From assembly GCA_040954595.2 (NCBI GenBank), contig CM082586.2, positions 4,097,025 through 4,161,024 of the forward strand: DNA of 64,000 bases. The letters are read 5' to 3'. The DNA is from Balanoglossus misakiensis (lineage: Eukaryota > Animalia > Hemichordata). The position numbers and the translations under genes are program-made. A model generated the notes under the pieces. It did no database searches. It was not told the DNA's origin and saw nothing but the letters and a program-made list of their open reading frames with translations. This document shows positions 14,708 through 26,700 of the stretch, one piece after another (the first letter of the stretch is position 1; every line of letters begins with the position of its first letter).

Positions 14708-17700
14708 GGTTTAGATGGTGTGATGGATTGACTAATTTTAAAGTTATACGTGACAGGATATATCGAAACATGTGTGAGATTACGCACTGAATGATAATTT
14801 GTATGTTTTTTTGATAGTGACATACCAGGATGAGTTAGTCGGCAGTTTTAAGCAGTCGTCGGAAGTGGGTGGAGGTGCACAGTCAGACTCAGAACCACAA
14901 CCAACAACTGAGCAACCATCACAACCATCCACGCAACCACCGGCAGAACCACCAGCACAAGCACCGACAGAAACTGAGAAAGGTAAATTATATCAATTCC
15001 ATTCATTAACAAGTCTATGTATGTCTACCTGCCTGCCTACTGTTCCTGTCCGTGTCTGACTCTCTGTCTCTGTTTACATCTTTGTCATGTGTCCATTTAT
15101 TTCCATCTCCCCTACACACAACATAATGTTCTTACACACTGTCATTCTAGGGGCAGAAACTGCTGTTCCACCGGATGAGAAGAGATTTGAGAACGAAGCT
15201 CTGGTTCTTGCCCTCCGTGACAGCTCAATGCCAAAACTGCATGGACAAGATGCTGATGTGTTCATCACATTTTTGCAAGACCTCTTCCCAGATGTTGATG
15301 TACCACTAGACTTTGGTGGAAATACAGACAGAACTGAGACTATACGGGGTGAGTTTAATGTAGATCTGTGATCCCCTGTTGTTGGATTGATGTGTAAAGT
15401 CAGATACCAAATTTCTACAAATTTCGACCAGTCTCCACATCTATTTTATCATAAGGTACATACATTGAAGGACATTAAGGGAGAGATTTTTCTGTATTCA
15501 GCATTTGACATATCATTATTTGAAGTGAATTATTTTCTTAACGCGTAAATTGCTTCTGATGAAACATTTCACTAAACCATCAACAGTACAGCATTGTTAT
15601 GTCTCCTACATCCCGACATCTCCCTGTCATGTAGGCATGAAGCTGAACACTCCCGTCGTCAACGTAAACACAGCAACAGGCACCCAGGCCTTCACTCCTC
15701 TTGGATCCAACGAGAAACAAGCGTTAGAAGACATCAATGAAGCTATAGCTGTTGCCACGGCTGAACTCTCCTTGGTGCCAGGTGTTGTCTTCCAAGCCAG
15801 GGTCTCGCAGTTTGCACTGCTTACAAATACCCACCAATGTGTAAGTAGCCCCACTCTACCCTTCAAATGTGTGTCTTTTGGTTCAATCCCGTTGTTTCCA
15901 TTGGTGTGGTTGAACCAATTATAGGGGTGGCTGGGTGAAACTTGTCATATTTTGTTGTCAATACCATTGTAGCTACTGTGATTCGTCATTGACTATTGAT
16001 GGGCATATTGTAACCTTTATAACTTGAAATCAGACCACAGGTACAATGCAGATCAAATTTCCAATGGTATATCCACCCATAAACTCTCTAATTTTGTGAA
16101 TGCTGAGTTTCAGATGCTGATTGTTACCGCATTTGAAACATGCTGTAATGGTCACCATCTTACAAATTAAGTCTCCAGCAATGTAGCTGAAAGTCAGTTA
16201 CAGCTATCAACTCCATGCTTCTACACTATACGAGCAGCAGTTCTTCACGAAACTGTATTTAGCCACGTCCCTGCAGTGCCCAACTAATAATAATTTTCCT
16301 TTTTGGCTTTTGTAGGTATTGGTGGTCGGCCCTGCAGGCTGCGGCAAGAGTGAATGCATCAATACGTACGTCGGAGCACAGAGAGAGATGGGCAAGATAG
16401 TGGGGGTGCAGAGAGTGTTTACAAGAGCCGTGGAGTCTGAGGAACTCCTGGGATACATCGACCCTACAACCAAGTAAGATTTTTTGTAATAAATATTATT
16501 ATGCACTTACTGCCATAAGCAATGGCTCTCACGGAAAAAATTTCCATATTTGTACACACTGCATAGTCCCAATATATGGCTGACATGCACATAGATTTGT
16601 GTTTGTGTATCTAAAAACTGAGTGATTGTGATATTTCTGTCTTTCTTTATCAGGGAATGGAAGGACGGTTTATTCCAGTCACTGATACGAAAACACTGCC
16701 TTCAGTCCAGTGTGGATTTCATCAACAGCAAACCATTGGTCAAAGTTGTGCATATGGATGGTGAGGTAAGCAATGTTTAAATGTATGTGTATTGTCGGTT
16801 AACAGTATTCACCCAATTCTTGTTTTTTAGCCTAGTCACAAGATCATTGTTAGCGTAACAGTTTAGAAAATAACTTATGTTTTGTTTTGGTTTGTTGTTT
16901 CTCAGGTTGATGCACCACAAATGGAAATCCTGGGCTCAGTTTTCAACCGCAACAACAGTGACGTGCTGATCATGGGAAACAATGAAAGAATTCGTCTCTC
17001 AGATTCAGTCAGAGTTCTCTGGGAAGTAAGTACAATTTTTTGCTGTATACGGTCACCTAAGGAAATTTAGCTGCAGTTACCATGGTAAACTTGAGATCTG
17101 GCCAATCATGGATTTTCAGTGGGTGGCACACGCGTAAAAAAGAACGCCACCATATGTTCTTTAGAACACTCAAATATGTCATTTTAGCCATATATGGGCG
17201 AATGTAAATTGGAGGTGACTGTATACCTTTAAGTTATGAAGAAATGTGAAAATATTATTTTAATAAATAATAAATGAACAAGGGTATCTGATGTAATTAC
17301 TTTGACTTGTTTGTAGATGGAATCTCTCGCCGATGTGAGTCCATCAGTGCTCTCCAAAGTAGGAATTATCTCCATGGATAAATCGGACGTGGGCTGGCAG
17401 TTGATCATAGCACGATGGTTGGCCACACGTTCGGACATAGAGCAGGACATCCTGCATACACTGATGGATGTCTATGTGGAGCCGACGTTGGATTTCCTGG
17501 CAGGCTGTACCCAGCCGGCAATCATGGGGAAGTCACCCCAGCCCAGAATGCAGAGGTGCATCGATACGTCCGACATGAATCTGGTATCGACGCTGTGTTC
17601 TTTGATGGAGGTAAGAGACTGTACTCGGTTGGTTGGGTTTCAGATCCAACAGTGAAATCAGAATTTGAATTTAAGAACATGTACAATGCCTTCAGTACCC

Positions 17701-20700
17701 CAGAATTTTAACTTCTCTATGTTTGCAAAAGCCTAGATTATTCTGGACTTTAATCTTTGCTTCATCGACTTTCCTGTTGTGTTTTGCAGGCATTGCTGTC
17801 TCAACAGACCGACCTAGATGATCTGCAGTATGAGAGGTACTTCAACTTTGCCTGTATCTGGGCATTTGGTGGCACCCTGGAACAGAGATACAGATCGACA
17901 TTCAGTCACTGGTGGAGACAACAATGGAGTAAAAGAATCGACTATCCTGAAGACGGAGAGGTGAGTGTACTGTGAGAGATCTGGGTATGTGTTATGTATC
18001 ACACTCATTTGATCGCAAGCATAAAAAAATTGTAGTTCTGTCATTTGCTGAGTTACAAAATACTTCATCACAGTGCTTTCTTGTTATATTTCCAGGTGTG
18101 GGATTACTTGGTTGACAGTGAGACCAATGAATTCATTCACTGGCAAGATGCTGTTCCAGTTTATAGCATGCCTCCCCATGAAGGAATCCCAGAGGATGCC
18201 TTTGTACACACAATGTCCATTGAAGTAAGTTGTTTGTCTATTTTGAGTAGATTAAAATTCCTCCAACTACTTTAAAAGAAAACTGTTTTTCACTGTTTGA
18301 AATGAGATTTGTGATGATAAAGTGAAATGCAGTGAAAGTGCTCAATTTGTAATGCAATTGATTGATAATCTTAATTTCAGCAATTATCCTACCTGCTTGG
18401 TTTATTGAGCGACGCCGGCAAACCTGTCATGTTGGTTGGTGATAGTGGATGTGGTAAGACGGCCATTGTTAATGACAGAATCAGGACTGTGTGTTCGGGT
18501 GAAGTGGCTGAAGTTTTGGCACTGACTGTCCACGCTAACAGGTGAGATATCGCAAAACACAATTTACACTTGAATCATCTTGGAAGCAACAACACACAGT
18601 TCGACTAATTATTTGTCTGTAGATTGGAAAGTGTCGTTGAAATTTTGCATCGATCATAGATGGACAATTACCTTTATGGGAATTAGCATGTTCGGAAACT
18701 GGCATTTTAACTTGCAAACGTCTGAAAACTGGCAAGTTCTGGAATTTTTTAGATAGTCTGGGAGATAGACTCATATGGAGCGTACATTAAAAGATTACCC
18801 CTGTTAAACATTTGTCGATCTTTTCTTATCATTGCAGATTCACCACAGCCAGATTGCTGTGGCAGAGATTGGAAGAGAGACTGGAATGGAAACATGGCAG
18901 GACGTATGTGCCAAAAGGAAACAAGAAATTGATGTGTCTTGTGGATGATCTCAACCTAGCCAAGGTAATACATGTTACTAGTATGTCTTGTCATGTCACA
19001 TCACATGTCCTGGATGATACACTACACACTGTAAATTCCTCAGAATCTCATTACTGTCTTCTGTGTGTTCGATTTCAGGTTGACAGTTCAGGCAGCCAGT
19101 CTGCCTGTGAAATGGTACGTCAACACATCGACTGTGGCGGCGTTTATGACCCGGACAAGAGGGCTTGGAGAACGGTCAACAATGTGACCTACGTGACCAC
19201 ACTGAATCCAAGTATTTCGGCCAGTGTGCCCAAACCAAGCCAGAGATTGCTACGTCACTTTGCCGTCCTCGGATGCCCCTATCCAAGGTGATTATTTTTA
19301 TAAATAATTATTGTTATAAACTTTATATGTAGAATTCTTGTAATAATAAAAAAAAACACTTCCAATTTATTATTTTAACTGTTCATAAAACTGCTATCCT
19401 GTTTCTCATCTATGCCCTGGTTTTCTTTCAGTGCCAATGAGACACATGCAATATTTTCAACCCTGGTAAACACACACTTCCTGACGCCCCATACTTCATC
19501 AGCCACTGGCATCAGAGAGAAGGTACGTTGAAGTCATCTACGGTGTCAGTTCATCTCATGCTGTGTTTGACCCTATTCCGTAAAATGGAGAGAAAAGGGC
19601 TGCCATTTTTGTGTGTGTTTCTCATCGCCTAGCCACATAAATTTGGCACGATCACCGAGAGACATTTCTCGATGGAATTTTAGACTTCATAGATGATGTT
19701 TTCTGTTTCCCTTGGCGATAGATTTTGCATTCCGAGTTCAAAGAGGAAGAGCAACTGCGAGACTTGTTGTCTGTCGTCGTCAAGGTAACCATCGAAGTGC
19801 AGGACAAGATGAGGAGCATGTTCTTGCCGACGGCAGAAAGATGCCATTACATCTTCACGCTCAGAGACATGATGACGATATTCAGGTGAGCAGAGTTTGA
19901 CTAAGTTCCTGAACCTATTCACCCCCATGTCCTAATGTAGAAGTCCCAATTTATCATAGAAGACAACTGATTTGGACCAAACCATGGTGGTGAAAGGGTC
20001 GAAGTCATGCCATTAGAAAAAGATTAAATGGCTACTGTACTCTTTTATGAGATTCACTAGACCCCACACTAAGTTTGTGCTGATTTTCTTGATCGCAAAA
20101 TATAAATCTTACTAGAATAACGAGACGATGGAAATAAAACACATCAAGTCACTAGACTGTATTGCTTTATTTTTTCTCTTGGTAGAAATATCTGCCTGTC
20201 GCTGAAACCAAGATGCAAGAAAGAGGACCTCTTGTTGCTATGGCGACATGAGTGCCAGTGGGTGTATGGGGAGAAGTGTGTCAATTCTGTGGATGCCGAC
20301 AGATACCAGCTGGCATTTGTCACTGCTGCAAGAAAGTTATTCACCAACGAAGAACTGGTAAGTTGGCATCAGTATAAGGCACAAAATTTTGTCAGAAATT
20401 GGATATTATGGAGCTTTTTCCGTTTCCTTCTCCTTTTTTCCAATCGAGTGGTTTTATCAAACCATACACCAAAGGGACTGAAAAATGATTTTTCGTTTTG
20501 CAGAGGTATCTGGTTTATAGAGGTTCTTTAACATATAGTTTCATGCGAATGACTGGCATGTGTGTTCAGTATAGACAGGTTTCCAGAATAGACAGGGTTT
20601 GGTTTAGATAGCTTTGCCTGTACTTGGTTCTGACAGACAACGAACTTACACTTAGCAATCAGTCATAGTATCCCTGATCTGATCACCTCTCTCTGCGTCC

Positions 20701-23700
20701 AGCTTCAGACAGTGGTGAGTACGGACCAGCCGATGTTCAGCAACCTAGTGGAACAAGACAGCGGTATCGTCATGGCCGGTGTCTATCGACCGTCGTCGGG
20801 GAGCACCGTCGGCGGGGAGGAAGACAGCACCGACCAATACCAAGCTTGCTGGCAGGAGGACAAATTGAGATTCCTGGTTGAACATTCGCTGGAGGAGTAC
20901 AATAAAACCCATCCGAGAATGAAACTGGCTTTGTACAGGGTAAGTTGTATTCTGTTTCAGAACTTCTGTGCCACTTCTTGTGCATGAGATTTGTTTTTTA
21001 ATCAAGTAAATATTTACAGGGTAGGTTCTTCTACTAGATGCAGAGCATAGTATTACTGGGAATTCATTTTCAGTATATTTGCTGGTATCTGCATGATTTT
21101 GGCTGAAACAAAATTGCTGTGAAAATGCCAATATTCTTTAACCCTTTCACGGCCTTGGTTTGGTCCAAATCTGTTGTTTTCTATGGTAATATTGGATCTC
21201 TATAAAAGGAACTGGGGGTGAAAGGGTTAGGAAGCATAGGACAAATTCATCCTGCAACTCTAAACTTCTGGCTTCAGCTCTGATAATTTTTGTTTTCTGT
21301 TACCTTCTCCTGCAGGAAACCATTGAGAGAGTATGCCGCATTGCTCGGTCTATCCACTCACCTCATAAAGTGGGCCATCAGTTGTTGGTGGCTGAAGGCT
21401 GCCCCGGGCTGGCCTCCATCATGACCAAGCTGGCGGCTAATCTCTGCGGATATACCGTCTTTAATATTAATCCGTCCCCGGTCACCTCCAGTGTGGATTA
21501 CAAGATGGATCAGTTCAAATCTGATCTGGTGACGGCGTACACAAAGACAGCTGTCAAGGTGAGTGTGGTGGTTATGACTGAGTAAATAGAGTCACTGTGC
21601 CAGTCTATCTACCTATCTGCCTGCCTGTCTGATGAAATCCTATTCACGTATAATGACAAATATGATCACAGAATTCAGAGTCCACTTCCATCATCGATAA
21701 TAATAACTCACCATTCATGGATTTCTTTCAGGGTGAGAAGATACTTCTGTTGATGAACGAAGATGAACTCTTGGATGAAGATTTCCTGATCTATGTGGGA
21801 GAGTTCATCGAAAACGGATCCATCACTCACCTCTTCTCGTATGAGGAGCAGACAACTATCATCAATTCTATCCGCACAGAAGTCACGGCCGCCGGACTGA
21901 CGTACACCAGAGAAGTTGCCTGGAACTATTTCCTCAAGTAAGTTATTGGTCCCCACGGACTGGGTCCAGGGGGACCCATAAAATGGTAGTGACATCTCTG
22001 GGAACCGAAAATATTGTAAAACGGGAAATTTTCGCGAACGATAATTTTTTGGCATACTTGGCGAGAGTCAGAAAAAAGGAAATAGATAGTCGTGAATTTT
22101 GAAAATGTGCTAAGTGAAATAAGAACACGGTAATAACCTTTTCTAATCTTGGTTTTTGTCTTGAAAAATCTGTCCTGAATAGAGAAGTGTCCTGATTACA
22201 GACTGAGGTGTCCGGAATCACATACCTCACTCGTATCAACAGTTCTGAAAATTTAGACTCCAGGTCACACACACATACTAACAATGTATGCTGTTGTTGT
22301 TTGTATTTGACAGGACTGTACAGAACAACTTCCGCGTCGTTCTGACTTCATCCAGTGGAAGCACAGCATTCCAGAGACGATGCCGGGAATATCCGACCGT
22401 AACCAGCCATTTGAGGTGTCTGTGGTTCCCCCACTGGTCCAAGGAGAAACTTGTCGCACATGCGTTCTATCACCTCAAAGGTAAATTGGTACTCCCTTAG
22501 TTAATTCCACCTTATTCAACCTGGCTGTACATGTTGATGTCTTGCCACAGAAGCCTACCTAATAACACCCACTCTTGTATCTCTGCAACTAGATTTGACG
22601 AGCATATCATACATACAGAAGGAAAATCTGGCGCATCTGTTGGCTACGATCCATATCGCAATACGTCACCTAGATGGCCGGGAGAGAGATGCTGGCAGCT
22701 ACAACCACCTCACTAATACTTCCTACGAGAAATTCATCGAGAGGCAAGTAGATATATTTTATGTAACACGCATTTTGAAATACACTACTCAAATTGCAGA
22801 TGTTAGTGTGAGATCATGGTTTGTCTTCCAATCTCATTATTACTCTTTATTCCCAGAGTGCTCAGGCCATTTGAGGTTAAAACAGAACATTTTTATCAAC
22901 AAATATTTGCTCCTGTTTTTTTTTTTCAGATTCATCTCTGTTGCCAAGGAGCGAGATGAAATGATCGAGAATGAACACGCAATAATGACCCAAGCTCTGC
23001 AGCACATCGACAAAGAAAATGAACTTGCGTTCAGATTGAAGAAACAACTGGAGCACGAAAAAGTGGTACTGGAGGAAAGAAAGGAGGTACAGTCCGAGTT
23101 ACACTTTTATTGTCAAATTCAGATATTTTTCAGTCGTTTGACCTGATTTTGTTCTGATGTTTTTCTCTGGGCAAGATAAGACCATAGATTTCTGGAAATT
23201 TGTACTATTCGCAAACTTTCTGGATCAGTGGCTGAATTTAATGTTTGTTTAATACTTTATGTTGCGTCTAATGGAGTCTATCATATTGATCTCATAACCA
23301 TGGTCAATAATGTCTTGATTTTTGCACATAGGGCACTGTCAAACTGTTGTCTCAAATTGGACAAGACACAGCCATTGCTGAACAACAAGTCAAAATTGTC
23401 AGAAAGCAAGAAGAGAAGATTGAAAACCTCAGAAAGGTAAGCGTTTGACAGAAATACATTCTGCAGCCAAGTTGAATCAAATCCATGGGTACGACAACAA
23501 ACCAAGTCTTACAGGATCTTGCAATGAGTGAGAAAACATCTGTGATCATGTTCAATGTTGATGGTCTATGATTGTTACTTTCCTCCCCCAGGCGTTGCCA
23601 CGGTACCAGATAGCGCACGAGAGAGCCATCTTCAAAGCGTCGCGTATCGTGAAAGACACAAAACAAGTGGTGGAGTCATTGGACACAACAAGTCTTGCAG

Positions 23701-26700
23701 AGTTGAGGTCAATGCAAAAACCTGACGTGGACATTGAGGATCTGATGGGTGCCATTATCATGATATGTGAGTCGCCATTTTGCTTGGTATAGAACCAGTG
23801 TTAAGTGCGAATGGATGCATAGGATTGTTACCCCCTGACATTACCATTGCTAAGGTCAGGGCATACTGGGTAAGTGATCAGTGTGTAAATGTCCAGGGGG
23901 TGGCTGACCTAGAGTCAGAACATCAGTGTTGCTTATACCTAGCATCTCTGATCATTGGAATCATCAGCAGACATCATATTGTATGCAAGTGTCTGTATTG
24001 TTTGAGCTTTAGCACGCTGACCCCTGAAAATGGTGTAAGATTATTTCAAATCGAACTCACTTTATGATTGTATGTAGTACACTTCCATCCAGGGTTTGCA
24101 CACTCTTGGAAGTTTGAATTGCTTAGCGTGTATGAACCCTGTCCATCTTTTAATAAAAATAAAACATTTTATTTCTTCATCACTAGTGAAAAGCCCATCG
24201 GCTGATCTGACATGGAGCAAAGGAGCAAAGAGACAGATGGCCAACATGGATAGGTAAGTTGTGTGTTCAGCAGTTCAGGCTAAAGAGTGTTTCACAGTCA
24301 CTGTAATCTGTCTGTCCTACAGATACCCAGCAAACACTGTGTTAGCATATCAGCAGTGTTGATGGAAAGATCAAGTATTCATAGTGAGATATTAATAAAA
24401 TTTGGCAATTGCAGGTTCATTGATGAATTAATGGGTTTTGATGAGAATCAGCTGCCAGAGCCGACCTTGAATCTGGTGGAGCCCTATCTGAAGAAAACCT
24501 CGTTTATTCCTGAAAATATGATGAGGAAGACCAACAATGTGGCCACGGGATCACTCTGTAAGTGGCTTCGAGGGGTCATCAGGTATGTGGAAATTCCAGT
24601 TGTAGTGCTTGGCTAGCTCTCCTGACTGAATCTAGCATACATAGGCATCTGGACATCAGAATCGTATATTATTTGTGGGAAATACCTTTACTGCACTGTG
24701 ACTAGGAAAAGAACTTCCTCTTTGAAGTTTTCGTGAAATTGGTTTTGAATAATCAGTTTTGGTTTACCCAACTTGCCTCATCATTCCCTCCCTGTTGTTT
24801 TTGACGTAGGTACCATCGTTTGATGATATCAAAGGTGAAACCGTTGCATTCCAAAGTAGAGGAGACGGCAGCTGCAGTGGAGGATGCGGAACACAAACTA
24901 TCAACTCTCCAGAATAAGAGAAAGGTAACTATGACAGGAATCTGCGTAATATTATGTGAGGTCAATGGAAAATAGAAATAGGAAAGTGAATGTATATTTC
25001 AAAGTACAGACCACACTAATCTGTGAAGGGAAAACCTCATACAACTACATGTACAGTACTGCAGAATGACTCAGTGTATCTCAGAGTATTAGCATTCACA
25101 TCAATAATTTTCTTCTCTGTGAAGGCGTTAGAAGATCGTCTTGCAGACCTGGCCAACGGTTTCGAAGAAGCCACGGTCGACAAGAACGACCAGGATGAGA
25201 AAACAAGGAAAATGGACCAGCAACTTGAAACTGCTGCCAAGTTCAGACAAGTAAGTATTGGCTTAATATTAGTTCATTAACAAATCAAGAGCAAAACATT
25301 TCATTATTCATTGTTGCTTAAGTTAAAATTTGACGAGAGAACTGTTGCTAGTTTCTTAAATACATGCTTTGTTCTCATTCAGATCCTTGCTACAGAGCAC
25401 GAACACTGTCTCCAGATCTACGAATCTCTCCCAAGACGTAAAGCAGCCATTCCCGGCAGTGCCGCCATGGCCGCCGCTTTTGCCACCTACCTCGGACCGT
25501 ACGACCACAACTTCCGCCGGGCCATGCTGACCATTCATTGGCCGATGTGTCTTCGGGAACGTGGTGTGCCATTGGTCATTGATTCTATCGATCCAATGAA
25601 AGGTCAGATGTCTATTTGAGTCACTAGAAATTACTCTCTGTCCTGTGTACTGTAAAACCTGTCTAAATCGAACCCTGTCCAATCTTGAAATCTGTACTAA
25701 GTGTATTTCCAGTTCCTTTTACATAGGGTAGGATTAATGAACTGTTAAAAGCAGACATCTCTGCAAACCAAAAAACTTTTCTCAGTTCCTTCGGTGTCAA
25801 GTTTAGATTGATTCTACAGTATGTTACAACTTTTTGTGTGCATAGATCTTCTCAATTATCTCAGTTCCTATATGCAAGAGAAATCCATGAGAAAATGTTG
25901 AAATTAGTCAACAGTGTGATGAAATTGTCATCTTTTTGATGTTACTTTTACAGGTCGTATAGTGGACTGGGCCATTGATGGCGGGCGAGCCACGGGACTG
26001 AACACGCAGGAACCAAGTTTTGTCATCATTGAAGAAGAAGATGAGGGTGAAGAAAGTGGAATCGAAGATGATGGTGAAGACAAAGAGGAAAAGGTCCATA
26101 GCTTTTCTCATGTTCCGTTTCGTCTACTACATTTCAAACATAGGATTTCCAGTACGTCGTAAACAATGCTGACACTGTCGTTGTTTTGCATCTGTAGCAA
26201 GCTGATGGTGATGCTGCTGGCAAGATGGAAGATGAAGGAGAAGAAAAGGAGGGTGGAGAGAATGAGAAAGATGATGGAGAAAGAGAGAAACCAACTGAAG
26301 ACGCCGCTGAAAATGTTGAAGACGTCAAGGCTGGGAAAGGTTAGTGACGGCGACTTTAGTTGACAGTGTCTGCTTTGAAGTTCGACTTGGTATATTTCGA
26401 TGGATGGTTCACATTGTCACAGTTTGACATTTTCCCAAAACATAACTCTACACACTGGTAATTTTATTATAATAATAGTAATGTTTTGTGTCTGATTTTT
26501 TAGCAGTTGGAGGTGGAGAGATGGAATTTGCTAACACGGGTGGAGATGCAATGATGGAAACAAGCAGTGAAATGAGCGAGAGTAGATATGCCTACACAGC
26601 TGAGACGTTACCGAACATCACACAGCAAGAATACACCCAGTATACCCGGGCATTGGTCAAAATCATGGTTGGGGATAAGGTGTTACAGGAATGGATTACT

